Source: an uncultured Chloroflexia bacterium (GTDB lineage: Bacteria; Chloroflexota; Limnocylindria; Limnocylindrales; CSP1-4). Taken from it: DNA of 64,000 nucleotides. How positions within the stretch are numbered: position 1 is the stretch's first letter; each line of letters starts with the position of its first letter. Both the position numbers and the translations under genes were made by a program. The notes beneath the pieces were generated by a model. The model was given only the letters and a program-made list of their open reading frames with translations, was not told the origin of the DNA and did not search any database. The stretch spans positions 2,135,402 to 2,199,401 of the forward strand of contig OY970185.1 in the NCBI GenBank assembly GCA_963708015.1, read 5' to 3'. Shown here piece after piece: positions 37,311 to 47,114 of this stretch.

Positions 37311-37924
37311 ATCCGGTCGAGGGTGCTCCGGGCGCCATGCTCGTCGTCGTGTCCGGGCCGTCCGGGGTCGGCAAGGACACGATCCTGGAGGTGCTCCGGC
37401 AGTTGCCCGGCCACACGGACCATCACTACGTCATTACCTGCACGACCCGCGCCCGCCGGCCCGGAGAGATCGACGGCGTCAGCTATCACTTCCTCGAGCC
37501 GGCCGAGTTCCTGGCCCTGCGCGATGGTGGCGGGCTGCTCGAGGCGAACGAGGTCCACGGCAACTGGTACGGCACCCCGCGGCAGCAGGTGGTCGACGCC
37601 CTGGCCGCGGGCCGCCACGCGCTCCTCAAGATCGACGTCCAGGGGGCCGGCGTGATCCGGGCCCGGGTGCCCGACGCGCTCCTGATCTTCGTTGTGCCGC
37701 CCTCGATCGAGACGCTCGCCGGGCGGCTCAAGGGCCGGGCCACCGAGACCGATGCCCAGCTCGAGGAGCGCCTCCGGAATGCGGCCGACGAGCTGGCTCG
37801 CCAGCACGACTACGACTACGTGGTGGTGAACGAGACGGGTCAGCTGACCGGGACCGCCAAGCGGATCGGCGAGATCATCGACATCGAGGCAGCCCGCCAC
37901 GCGGAGCGCCGGGTCCGGATCTGA
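37307..37924 (+). CDS. gmk: guanylate kinase
   Basis: P-loop VVVSGPSGVGKDT, ...TTRARRPGE...Y.F motifs. Confidence 0.85.
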   Translation: MNPVEGAPGAMLVVVSGPSGVGKDTILEVLRQLPGHTDHHYVITCTTRARRPGEIDGVSYHFLEPAEFLALRDGGGLLEANEVHGNWYGTPRQQVVDALAAGRHALLKIDVQGAGVIRARVPDALLIFVVPPSIETLAGRLKGRATETDAQLEERLRNAADELARQHDYDYVVVNETGQLTGTAKRIGEIIDIEAARHAERRVRI

Positions 37925-40407
37925 TGACCGGCGCGCCGCCGCTCGAGCGGCTGGTCGAAGTCGCGATCGATGCGGCCGGGGCCGCCGGCGCCCGGACGTA
38001 TACCTACAGCGTCCCGGCGCGCCTGGCCGGCCTGCAGCCCGGCGAGGCGGTCCTCGTCGAGTACGGCCGGCGCCAGGCGCTCGGGGTCGTGCTCGGTGAG
38101 CCACCCGAGCAGCCGGCCGCCGGGCTGAAGCTCAAGCCGGTCGTGGATCGGGTCCGGGCCGACGGCCCACTCCTGCCTCCGCTCAGCCTCGAGCTGGCCC
38201 GCTGGATCGCCGGCCACTACCTGGCCCCGGCGGCATTCGTGCTCCGGGCGATGCTCCCGCCGGCCATGCTCGAGCGGCTCGAGCTCGTCGCCGAGGCCCG
38301 CCCGGTCGGCCTGACGGCGAGTGACGAGGCTCCGCCCAGCGCCACTCCGGCCCTGGCGGCGGCCGATGCCGCGCTGCTGGAGCAGCTTGCCTCCGGGCCT
38401 CGGGCCGTCCGTGACCTGGCCGCCCCGGAGGGCCGGGCCGGCCTGATCCGGCGGCTGCGGGACCTCGCGGCAGGGGGCCTGCTCGACCTGGACTGGACCC
38501 TCACAGCCGCCGCGGGCGGTCCGCGCTACGAGCGCTGGGTCCTGATCACGCCGGCGGGCAGGGCCGCGGCGGAAGCCGGCAGCGCCGGGGCCCGGGTCGC
38601 CGGGCGACCGCTCGGTCCCCGCCAGCGCGACCTCCTGGCCGAGCTGGCCGGACAGCCCGGGGGGATCGCCGGGGCCGAGTTGGCCGGACGCCACGGGACG
38701 TCGGCCCTGGCCGGGCTCGCCCGGCGCGGCCTGATCGCGATCGAGGTCCGCGAGCGGGCCCGGCGGCCCCACCCCGGCCGGCCGGCGGGACGGCGCGGAG
38801 CCCGGCCGGTGGCCTCGAGCCTGACCGGGCCGCAGGCCGAGGCGGCCGGGCTCATCCGGCGGGCCCTCGAGCAGGCCGACTTCACGCCGCTCCTGCTCGA
38901 CGGGGTGACCGGCGGCGGCAAGACGGCCGTTTATGTCGAGGCGATCGCGGCGGCCCTCGAGCTCGGCCGGCCGAGCCTCCTCCTCGTGCCCGAGATCGCC
39001 CTGGCCCTGCCGATCGTCGATCGCCTGCGGGCCGAGCTCGACCTCCGGGTCGCCCTGCTCCACTCGGGCCTGGGCGACGGCGAGCGGGCGGACGAGTGGC
39101 GCCGGATCCGGGCCGGAGCGGTCGATCTCGTGGTCGGGACCCGCCTGGCGGTCCTCGCCCCGCTGGCCGAGGTCGGCCTGGTCATCGTCGACGAGGAGCA
39201 CGAGGGCACCTACAAGAGCGATCGCACGCCCAGGTTCCAGGCCCGCGACACGGCGATCCGGCTGGCCGAGCTGGCCGGTGCGGCGGTCGTCCTGGGCAGC
39301 GCCACGCCGGCCGTCGACACGGTCGGGCGGGTTCGCTCGGGGGCCTGGCGCCGGGTGGTCCTGCCCAGCCGGCCGCGGGGCGCCCCGCCCGTGATCGACG
39401 TGGTCGACCTGCGGGCCGAGCTCGCCGGCGGCAATCGGGGGCTCCTGTCGGACGACCTGGCCGCGGCCCTGGCCGCCCTGGACACGGCGGCCGGAGAGCG
39501 GGCGATCCTCGTGATCAACCGCCGGGGGAGTGCCTCCGTCGTGATGTGCCGCGACTGCGGGACGGTCCAGGCGTGTCCCGAATGCGAGCGACCGCTCGTG
39601 TTCCACCAGGCCGGGATGACCCTGCGCTGCCATCACTGCGGGACCGCCTCACCCCTGGCGACCCGCTGTCCCGCCTGCGGCTCGCCCCGGATCCGCTACC
39701 TCGGCGGCGGGACCGAGCGGGTCGAGCGCGAGGTCCGCGAGCGGTTCCCGGCGCTCCGGGTCGGCCGGCTCGATCGGGACGTCGTGGAGCGCAAGGGCGC
39801 GGCCGAGCGGCTGATCGATGGATTCACCGAGGGCCGCCTCGACGTGCTCGTCGGGACCAGCCTCGTGACCAAGGGCCTGGACATCCCCGAGGTCACCCTC
39901 GTCGGGGTGGTCAGCGCCGACATCGCCCTGAACCTGCCCGACGAACGGGCAGCCGAACGGACCTACCAGCTGTTGTCGCAGGCCGTCGGCCGAGCCGGCC
40001 GGGGCGAGCGGCCGGGCCGGGCGATCATCCAGAGCTACCAACCCGATCACCCGGCGATCCAGGCCGTGGCCACCGCCCAGCCGGCGGCCTTCTACGACCA
40101 CGAGCTCGAGTCCCGCCGCCGATTCGGGTCGCCGCCCTTCGGCCGTCTGGTCAAGCTCACGATCGGGCTGGACGATCCGGCAGCCGCCGAGCGGGGCGCC
40201 TCCACGATGGCCGAGACCCTGCGTTCCCGGGCCGCAGAGCGGGGGACCAGGATCGAGGTGATCGGGCCGGCGCCTGCCTTCGTCCGCCGCCGGGCAGGCA
40301 AGTGGCGCTGGAACCTCGTCCTGCGCGGAGCCGATCCGGTCGCCCTGCTCGACGGTGGTCCGGACGCCCCCTGGTCGGTCGACGTCGACCCGGAGTCGCT
40401 CCTGTGA
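37924..40407 (+). CDS. priA: primosomal protein N' (replication-restart helicase PriA)
   Basis: Walker A LLDGVTGGGKTAVY, DEEH box, Cys4-Cys4 zinc-binding insert (CRDCG...CPECE...CHHCG...CPACG), C-terminal helicase domain. Confidence 0.9.
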   Translation: MTGAPPLERLVEVAIDAAGAAGARTYTYSVPARLAGLQPGEAVLVEYGRRQALGVVLGEPPEQPAAGLKLKPVVDRVRADGPLLPPLSLELARWIAGHYLAPAAFVLRAMLPPAMLERLELVAEARPVGLTASDEAPPSATPALAAADAALLEQLASGPRAVRDLAAPEGRAGLIRRLRDLAAGGLLDLDWTLTAAAGGPRYERWVLITPAGRAAAEAGSAGARVAGRPLGPRQRDLLAELAGQPGGIAGAELAGRHGTSALAGLARRGLIAIEVRERARRPHPGRPAGRRGARPVASSLTGPQAEAAGLIRRALEQADFTPLLLDGVTGGGKTAVYVEAIAAALELGRPSLLLVPEIALALPIVDRLRAELDLRVALLHSGLGDGERADEWRRIRAGAVDLVVGTRLAVLAPLAEVGLVIVDEEHEGTYKSDRTPRFQARDTAIRLAELAGAAVVLGSATPAVDTVGRVRSGAWRRVVLPSRPRGAPPVIDVVDLRAELAGGNRGLLSDDLAAALAALDTAAGERAILVINRRGSASVVMCRDCGTVQACPECERPLVFHQAGMTLRCHHCGTASPLATRCPACGSPRIRYLGGGTERVEREVRERFPALRVGRLDRDVVERKGAAERLIDGFTEGRLDVLVGTSLVTKGLDIPEVTLVGVVSADIALNLPDERAAERTYQLLSQAVGRAGRGERPGRAIIQSYQPDHPAIQAVATAQPAAFYDHELESRRRFGSPPFGRLVKLTIGLDDPAAAERGASTMAETLRSRAAERGTRIEVIGPAPAFVRRRAGKWRWNLVLRGADPVALLDGGPDAPWSVDVDPESLL

Positions 40408-40443
40408 CCCGGGCCGAGTGAGCTTCGATATACTCCGGCGACC

Positions 40444-40992
40444 ATGAGCGTCCAACCCATCGTGCTCCTCGGCGACCCGCGACTCCGCCTCCGCGGGGAG
40501 CCGGTCGAGAGCTTCGGCAAGCTCCTCCATCACCTGCTCGACGACCTGGCCGACACGATGCGCCACGCCCCGGGCGTGGGCCTCGCGGCGCCCCAGCTGG
40601 GCGAGCCGCTGCGGGCCTGCGTGGTCGAGGTCCAGTCGCACCTGTACGAGCTCGTGAATCCCCGGATCGTGCGCTCGACCGGCGACGACACCGACCTCGA
40701 AGGCTGCCTGTCGCTGCCCGGCTACGTGGCCTACGTGACCCGGCGCGAGAAGGTCTGGGTCGTGGCCCAGGACCGCCGCGGCCGGAGCTTCAAGGTCGCC
40801 GGCAGCGGTCTGCTCGGTCGGGCTCTCCAGCACGAGCTCGACCACCTCGACGGGAAGCTGTACATCGACTACCTCGAGTCGATGGACGAGCTGATCGCGG
40901 TCGGCCAGGGCGACGACGACGAGGATCTCGAAACGGCGGACGGCGGCCCGAGCCACGCGGCCATTCGCGAGGCCACCCACGCCCTCGCCTGA
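40444..40992 (+). CDS. def: peptide deformylase
   Basis: GVGLAAPQLG, EGCLS, HELDHLDG motifs. Confidence 0.9.
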   Translation: MSVQPIVLLGDPRLRLRGEPVESFGKLLHHLLDDLADTMRHAPGVGLAAPQLGEPLRACVVEVQSHLYELVNPRIVRSTGDDTDLEGCLSLPGYVAYVTRREKVWVVAQDRRGRSFKVAGSGLLGRALQHELDHLDGKLYIDYLESMDELIAVGQGDDDEDLETADGGPSHAAIREATHALA

Positions 40993-41927
40993 GGAGCGGG
41001 CCCGGGTCGTCTTCCTGGGCAGCGGGATCTTCGCGATCCCGAGCCTCGAGGCGCTCGCCGCCGATCCGGACCTCGAGATCGTGGCCGTGGTCAGTGCGCC
41101 GGATCGGCCGGCCGGCCGCGGGGCGGCCCTCCGGGCCGTGCCGGTGGCCGAGGCGGCGGGCCGTCTCGGGTTGCCCCTGCTCCAGCCCGTCCGGCTCCGC
41201 TCGGACGACGCCGTCGGGGCGATCAGCGCCCTCGGGCCCGACCTCGGGGTCCTGGCCGACTACGGCCAGATCGTGCCGGCCGCGCTGCTCGAGGTACCCG
41301 GCCGGGGCATGCTCAACCTCCATCCCTCGCTCCTGCCCCGGCATCGGGGCGCCAGCCCGGTTCCCGCCGCGATCCTGGCCGGCGATCGCGAGACCGGGGT
41401 CAGCCTGTTCCGGATGGACCCGGGCCTCGACACCGGCCCGTTGATCGCGGCCGTCCGCGAGCCGCTCGACGGGACCGAGGATGGGCCGGGCCTGGAGGCT
41501 CGTCTGGCCATCCTGGCGGCGAGCCTCCTGGTCGAATTCGATCCATCCCTGGCTGCGCGCCGAGCTCGGTGCGCTGCCCCAGCCGGCCGAAGGCGTGTCG
41601 CTCAGCCGGCCGTTCCGGCGGGCCGACGGCCGGCTCGACCCCGGCCTCCCGGCAGCCCGGCTCGAGCGCCAGGTCCGGGCCCTGCGGGGCTGGCCGGGCA
41701 GCTTCCTCGAAACGGCGATCGGCCGCCTCGTCGTGCTAAGGGCGTCGGTCGGCCCGAACCGGCCGGAGCCCCCGGGGACGATTGTCCGGGCCGGTCCGGG
41801 GATCAGCCTCGTCACCGCCCAGGACAGCCTGGAGCTCGACGAGGTCCAGCCCGCGGGCGGCCGGCCGATGACCGGCGCCGCCCTGCTCCGGGGCCATCCC
41901 CGGGTGCTCGGGCCCGGGCCTGACTGA
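40993..41927 (+). CDS. fmt: methionyl-tRNA formyltransferase, apparently frameshifted and lacking a canonical start
   Basis: Fmt N-terminal domain (RVVFLGSGIFAIPSLEAL..., HPSLLPRHRGASP) in one frame up to ~41557. C-terminal domain (...GWPGSFLETA...GTIV...GISLVTAQDSLELDEVQPAGGRPM) in the +1 frame, joined by an extra base in the gcgcgcc run 41555-41562. Confidence 0.75.
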
Positions 41928-41945
41928 TCAGGACCGGGGCGCCGG

Positions 41946-43169
41946 GTGATAATCGGGCCGATGACTGGTCCGACTCGACCCGGCTTGTCCGGGCTGCCGC
42001 CGTCCGAGCTGGCGGCCTGGCTTGCCAGCCGCGGCCAGCCGCCCTACCGCGCCCGCCAGGTCGCCGACGCCCTGTGGGCCGGGGGAGCGACCTCGGCCGA
42101 ATCCATCGGGACCCTGCCCGCCGCGCTCCGGTCCGAGCTCGAAGGCGCGTTCAGCTTCGACACGGTCGCCGATACGGAGGTCCGCCTGGCCGACGGCGGC
42201 CTGACCGAGAAGGCGCTCCACCGGCTCGACGACGGAGCGCTGATCGAGTCCGTCCTGATGCACTACCCGGCTCGGCAGTCCGTCAGCGGGCCCCAGCGCG
42301 AGCGCCACACGGTGTGCATCTCGAGCCAGGCCGGCTGTGCCGTTGGCTGCCCGTTCTGTGCCACGGGCGAGCTGGGCTTCAGCCGCGACCTCAGCACGGC
42401 CGAGATCATCGACCAGGTCCGGGCGGCTGCCCGGCGCCTGGCCGGCGCCGGGCGGCGCCTGACGAACATCGTATTCATGGGCATGGGCGAGCCCCTGCTC
42501 AACCTCGACCGCGTCCTCGACGCCGTGTCGGCCCTGACCGATCTCGAGCGGTTCGGGCTGGGGGCCCGGCACATCACCGTCTCGACCTCGGGTGTCGTGC
42601 CCGGGATGCGCCGGCTGACCGCCCTTGGGCCGCAGTTCACCCTGGCCGTCAGCCTGCACGCCGCGCGGGACCCGCTCCGGGACGTCCTCGTCCCGTTGAA
42701 CCGGCGCTGGCCGCTGGCCGAGGTCGTGGCAGCCGCCCGCGACCATGCCCGGGTCACCGGCCGGCGAGTGTCCTACGAGGTGACCCTGATCGACGGGGTC
42801 AACGACACGGCCGTCGATGCTGAGGCGATGGCGACCCTGCTTCGGGGCGACCTCTGCCACGTCAACCTGATCCCGATGAATCCGGTCGCCCATACGCCCT
42901 GGACGGCCAGCCCGATGGACCGGATCGAGCGCTTCGCCGCCCGGCTTCGACAGGACGGGATCGCCGTGACGATCCGGCGCAACCGCGGCCAGGAGGTCGG
43001 TGCCGCGTGCGGCCAGCTGGCCGCCGAGCGGGCCGGCGCGCCGGCCGCTCCCGCCGTCGCCCGGCGGCGCGAGCTGCTCGTGGTCCAGAGCGCGGCTGCC
43101 CTGCGGGGCGAGCGGGCCAGCGAGCCGGCTTCGACCGAGCTGGCCGCCGCGATCGCGGGATCCCGTTGA
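41946..43169 (+). CDS. rlmN: 23S rRNA (A2503-C2)/tRNA methyltransferase RlmN (radical SAM)
   Basis: Cys cluster SQAGCAVGCPFCATG, RlmN N- and C-terminal motifs; start may be ATG 41961. Confidence 0.85.
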   Translation: MIIGPMTGPTRPGLSGLPPSELAAWLASRGQPPYRARQVADALWAGGATSAESIGTLPAALRSELEGAFSFDTVADTEVRLADGGLTEKALHRLDDGALIESVLMHYPARQSVSGPQRERHTVCISSQAGCAVGCPFCATGELGFSRDLSTAEIIDQVRAAARRLAGAGRRLTNIVFMGMGEPLLNLDRVLDAVSALTDLERFGLGARHITVSTSGVVPGMRRLTALGPQFTLAVSLHAARDPLRDVLVPLNRRWPLAEVVAAARDHARVTGRRVSYEVTLIDGVNDTAVDAEAMATLLRGDLCHVNLIPMNPVAHTPWTASPMDRIERFAARLRQDGIAVTIRRNRGQEVGAACGQLAAERAGAPAAPAVARRRELLVVQSAAALRGERASEPASTELAAAIAGSR

Positions 43170-43171
43170 GG

Positions 43172-43861
43172 ATGGCCACCGGACGGCCGCCCGTGGCGAT
43201 CGCCGCGAGCATCCTGGACGCCGACCTGGGCAACCTCGCCAACGCGGTCGCCCGGGTCGAGCGTGCCGGGGCGGACCGGATCCACCTCGACGTGATGGAC
43301 GGCCACTTCGTGCCGAATCTGACCTTCGGCCCGAAGACGATTCGGGCGCTCCGACCGAGATCCGGCCTGCCCTTCGACGCCCACCTGATGATCGCCAATC
43401 CGGCCCGGTACATCCCCGAGTTCATCGCGGCCGGCTGCGACTCGATCACGATCCACGTCGAGATCGAGGAGCCGATCGAGCCGATTCTGCGGGCCGTGCG
43501 GACCGCCGGGCGACGTCCCGGGCTGGCCGTCCGGCCGGCCACGCCACTGGCCGCCCTGGCTCCCTACCGGGGCCTGTTCGAGATCGTCCTGGTGATGACC
43601 GTCGAGCCGGGCTTCGGCGGCCAGTCGTTCATGGCCGAGGCCGCCCGCAAGATCGCCCGCGTCGGCGATCATCGGGAGACCCTGGGCGACGGGCTGGAGG
43701 TCCAGGTCGATGGCGGGGTCAACGAGCGGACCGCCGGGACGGTCGGCGAGCTCGGGGTGGATGTCATCGTCGTCGGCTCGGCGCTCTTCCGGAAAGGCCG
43801 GCCGATGGCTCCCGAGCTGGCCAGGGTTCGGGCGGCGGCCGAGGCCGGGCGGGCTCGATGA
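43172..43861 (+). CDS. rpe: ribulose-phosphate 3-epimerase
   Basis: IAASILDADLGNLA...HLDVMDGHFVPNLTFGP...VMTVEPGFGGQ; GAGGA RBS before ATG. Confidence 0.9.
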   Translation: MATGRPPVAIAASILDADLGNLANAVARVERAGADRIHLDVMDGHFVPNLTFGPKTIRALRPRSGLPFDAHLMIANPARYIPEFIAAGCDSITIHVEIEEPIEPILRAVRTAGRRPGLAVRPATPLAALAPYRGLFEIVLVMTVEPGFGGQSFMAEAARKIARVGDHRETLGDGLEVQVDGGVNERTAGTVGELGVDVIVVGSALFRKGRPMAPELARVRAAAEAGRAR

Positions 43862-45096
43862 CCGACCAGGCCGCGGCGCCGGCACCGGCCGGGGAACCGG
43901 CCAGCCAGGTCGCCGCTCCGCCGGACGGGCTGGGCCGGCGCAATGACCGGCTCCTGATGTGGTCGGTCGGGGCCTACATCGTGGTCCTGTCGATCCTGAT
44001 GATCGCCCGGGGGATCGAGATCACCCCCGACGTCCTCCTCGTGGCCCTGGCCCTCGCGGCGGTGATCCTCGGTCGGGGCCGCCTGTTCCTGCGCGATTGG
44101 CTCCCGTTCATCGGCCTGTTCCTGGCCTACGAGCTGATGCGGGGCTATGCCGCGAACTTCGGGGCCACCGTCCACGTGGCCGATTTCGTCGCGATTGACA
44201 AGCTCCTGTTCCTCGGGACGCTCCCGACCCAGGCCCTCCAGGACCTGTTCCATCCGGCGACCGGCGTGGATTACCTGGCGATCGCGGCGACGATCCTGTA
44301 CCTCCTGCATTTCCCGCTGCCGCTCGCGGTCGGCTTCTTCCTGTGGCTGCGCCGGCGCCGGGTCTACTACGACTTCGTGGCCGCGATCATCCTGCTGAGC
44401 ATGGCCGCCTTCGTGACCTACCTGCTCCTGCCCGTCGGTCCGCCCTGGTACGCCGCCCAGCAGGGGCTCCTGCCGGGGCCCAACGGCGCGCCGGCGATCA
44501 CCTACCTGAAGCCGGGCGCGTTCGACGAGATCGCCCAATTCTTCGGCTTCCAGGGCAACTACCTGTACAGCTACGCGATGTACGACATCAGCCCGAACGA
44601 TGTCGCGGCCTTCCCCTCGCTCCACGCTGCCTACCCAACCCTGGCCTTCCTGTTCGCCCGGCGAGCGTTCGGCCGGGTCGGCTGGCTGATGCTGGGCTAC
44701 GCCGCGTCTGTCTGGTTTGCCGTGGTCTACCTGGGCGACCACTACCTGGTCGATGTGCTGGGCGGGATCGCCTACGCCCTGGTTGCCTACTGGGCGGTGA
44801 TCCACGCCCCGGGCTGGTTCCGCCGCTTCGTCGACCGGGCAGCCGACGACAAGATCGGCTCGACGGTGGAAGGTTCAGGCGTCGCTGATGGAGCGGTCCT
44901 CGGCCGGCTGGACCGGCGCGTCCGCTGGAACGTCATCGCCCAGGGCATCGGCCTGATCGTGGCCGGCACGATCGTCACGACGATCATGATCAAGGGCAAC
45001 GTCCTGGGCGGATACTCGACCCCGCTCTACCTCGTGCCATCGGCCGTGGCCCTGCTCGGGCTGTGGCGGATCGCGATGGGAGTCTTCTCGACCTGA
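43858..45096 (+). CDS. large polytopic PAP2-superfamily membrane protein (AUR1/inositolphosphotransferase-like lipid phosphatase/transferase)
   Basis: PAP2 motifs FPSLHAAYP and GDHYLVDVLGG; ~10 TM helices; ATGA overlap with rpe. Confidence 0.6.
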   Translation: MTDQAAAPAPAGEPASQVAAPPDGLGRRNDRLLMWSVGAYIVVLSILMIARGIEITPDVLLVALALAAVILGRGRLFLRDWLPFIGLFLAYELMRGYAANFGATVHVADFVAIDKLLFLGTLPTQALQDLFHPATGVDYLAIAATILYLLHFPLPLAVGFFLWLRRRRVYYDFVAAIILLSMAAFVTYLLLPVGPPWYAAQQGLLPGPNGAPAITYLKPGAFDEIAQFFGFQGNYLYSYAMYDISPNDVAAFPSLHAAYPTLAFLFARRAFGRVGWLMLGYAASVWFAVVYLGDHYLVDVLGGIAYALVAYWAVIHAPGWFRRFVDRAADDKIGSTVEGSGVADGAVLGRLDRRVRWNVIAQGIGLIVAGTIVTTIMIKGNVLGGYSTPLYLVPSAVALLGLWRIAMGVFST

Positions 45097-45117
45097 GCCC
45101 GGCCCGGTGGGCCGGGC
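45097..45117. terminator. perfect 9-bp GC hairpin (gcccggccc-ggt-gggccgggc) between convergent PAP2 gene and rpmB
   Basis: Exact inverted repeat immediately after the + strand stop and 20 nt after the - strand rpmB stop; possible bidirectional terminator. Confidence 0.55.
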
Positions 45118-45136
45118 AATGCCGCAATGGGCCGAA

Positions 45137-45337
45137 TCAGCGCGCGGGCTTGACCATCGTCCGGCGGCAGCGGGTGCAGACCGACTGCTTCTTGGCGGCC
45201 CCTGAGGCGGTCTTGACGACCAGCGGCTGCAGGTTCGGCTGGTAGCGGCGATGGGCGCGGACGCGGTTCATTCCGACGGACTGCGGATTGAACCCACCCA
45301 TCGAAACCTTGCCGCAGATGGCGCACATTCTTGACAT
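45137..45337 (-). CDS. rpmB: 50S ribosomal protein L28
   Basis: MSRMCAICGKVSMGGFN...HRRYQPNLQ canonical L28. Confidence 0.9.
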   Translation of the reverse strand: MSRMCAICGKVSMGGFNPQSVGMNRVRAHRRYQPNLQPLVVKTASGAAKKQSVCTRCRRTMVKPAR

Positions 45338-45546
45338 CGCTACCTCGGAGTGACCCGTTCGGGCATGAAAGAACGAGCCGCTGCCGGCTCGAGCACGGGT
45401 TACGATAGCACATCGTCCGCTCCGGGAGGATCAGCCAGATCAGCGCCTCATCGTCGCGCCCCGGCCCACGGCGAATCTCTGACGGCACGGGTCTCCTGCT
45501 CGCCTTCCGGGCAGCGGTCGCCAACCTCGAGCGCCACGTCGACGAG

Positions 45547-47103
45547 GTGAACGAGCTCAACGTCTTTCCCGTGCCCGACGGCGATACCGGCTCGAACATG
45601 CTGGCCACCGTGCGGGTCGCCCTCGAGGAGGCCGAGCTCGTGGTGGACCGCTCGGCCGACCAGGTGGCAGCCACGCTCAGCCTCGGAGCGCTGATGGGGG
45701 CCCGGGGCAACTCGGGCGTGATCGCCTCGCAGATCTGTCGCGGCCTCGCCCAGGGCTTCGAGGGCAAGCGCCAGGTGACCGGCCCCGATCTTGCCCAGGC
45801 CCTCGCCCGGGGAGCGGAGCTGGCCTACGCGGCCGTCGGCAACCCGGTCGAGGGCACGATCCTGACCGTGATCCGCCAGGCGGCCGACGCGGCCCTGGCG
45901 GCTGCCGGGGACGACGCGGACATCGAGGAGGTCCTGCGGGCGGCGGTCGTCGCCGCCCATCGGGCGGTTGCCCAGTCGCCCGACCTGTTGCCGATCCTGC
46001 GCGAGGCTGGAGTCGTCGACTCCGGCGGCCAGGGCCTGTTCCGGCTGCTCGAGGGCGCCCTGCTCCAGGTCGAGGGCCGGGCCCCGGCCGACACTGTCGC
46101 CAGGCGAGCCCCCGCCCGGCCGGCCGGCGGCGTCCCAGCCGGGCTCCACGACGAAGGCGACTTCGGGTTCGAGACGATGCTCGTCATCCAGCCCCGACCC
46201 GGGGAGATCCTCGAACCGGACGCGATCCGCCGGGGGCTCGAGGACCTCGGCCAGTCGGTGGTCGTGGTCGGCGACGAGCAGGCCGTCAAGGTCCACGTCC
46301 ATTCGGATCAGCCGGACGCGATCCTGGCCCATGCCCTGGCCCTCGGGACGCTCAGCCGGATCAGTGTCGAGAACCTCGACCAGCAGGCCGACGCGCTTCG
46401 CGAGCTCCGGGCGGCCCAGTTCACCGGCGCTCCCGAGGGCTCGCTCGCGCAGATCGCGGTCGTGGCGGTCGTGCCCGGCGACGGCCTGGCCGCGATCTTC
46501 CGCCAGATCGGGCTGGCCGGCATCGTCCAGGGCGGCCAGTCGGCCAATCCGAGCACGGGCGACCTCCTCGTGGCGATCGAGGCGGCGAACGCGGTCGAGA
46601 CGCTCCTCCTGCCGAACAACGCGAACATCCTCCTGGCCGCACACCAGGTCCAGGCTCTCGCCGCGCGATCCGTGCGGGTCGTGCCGACCCGGTCTGCCGC
46701 GGAGGGGATCGCCGCCCTGATGGCCTTCGATCCGGAAGCCGACGCCGAAGCGAACGTCGAGCGGATGACCGCCGCCGGCCGGGCGGTCGATTCCCTGTCG
46801 GTCACGACAGCGGTTCGCGACGCAACCGTGAGCGGCCGCCGGGTCCGCCGGGGCCAGTCGATCGTGCTCGACCCCGACGACGGCCTGGTCGCGGCCGGCC
46901 GGACTGACGACGAGGCCGTCGGGGCCGCGATCCGCGGCCTGCGGCCGGGGATCGAACTGGTCACCCTGTTCTACGGGGAGGGTGTCGGACCGGCCGAGGC
47001 CCAGGGCATGGCCGAGTTGATCGGACGGGCCCGGGCGGGCGTCGAGGTCGAAGTCTGCGACGGTGGCCAGCCGCACTATCGGTACCTGATCTCGGCCGAG
47101 TAA
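45547..47103 (+). CDS. DAK2-domain protein YloV-like (true start probably ~45475)
   Basis: NVFPVPDGDTGSNM and rest of DAK2 + DegV-like C-terminal region. Conserved N-terminus (SDGTGLLLAFRAAVANLERHVDEV) continues upstream of the first canonical start (GTG 45547) to an in-frame ATC at 45475. Confidence 0.8.
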   Translation: MNELNVFPVPDGDTGSNMLATVRVALEEAELVVDRSADQVAATLSLGALMGARGNSGVIASQICRGLAQGFEGKRQVTGPDLAQALARGAELAYAAVGNPVEGTILTVIRQAADAALAAAGDDADIEEVLRAAVVAAHRAVAQSPDLLPILREAGVVDSGGQGLFRLLEGALLQVEGRAPADTVARRAPARPAGGVPAGLHDEGDFGFETMLVIQPRPGEILEPDAIRRGLEDLGQSVVVVGDEQAVKVHVHSDQPDAILAHALALGTLSRISVENLDQQADALRELRAAQFTGAPEGSLAQIAVVAVVPGDGLAAIFRQIGLAGIVQGGQSANPSTGDLLVAIEAANAVETLLLPNNANILLAAHQVQALAARSVRVVPTRSAAEGIAALMAFDPEADAEANVERMTAAGRAVDSLSVTTAVRDATVSGRRVRRGQSIVLDPDDGLVAAGRTDDEAVGAAIRGLRPGIELVTLFYGEGVGPAEAQGMAELIGRARAGVEVEVCDGGQPHYRYLISAE

Positions 47104-47114
47104 GGTCAGCGATC

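Noticed and set aside
43000-45096. 698-aa ORF fusing the rlmN end, rpe and PAP2 regions
   Set aside because: The N-terminal 286 codons are an alternative frame across rlmN/rpe; real genes are rpe (43172-43861, different frame) and the PAP2 gene from ATG 43858.
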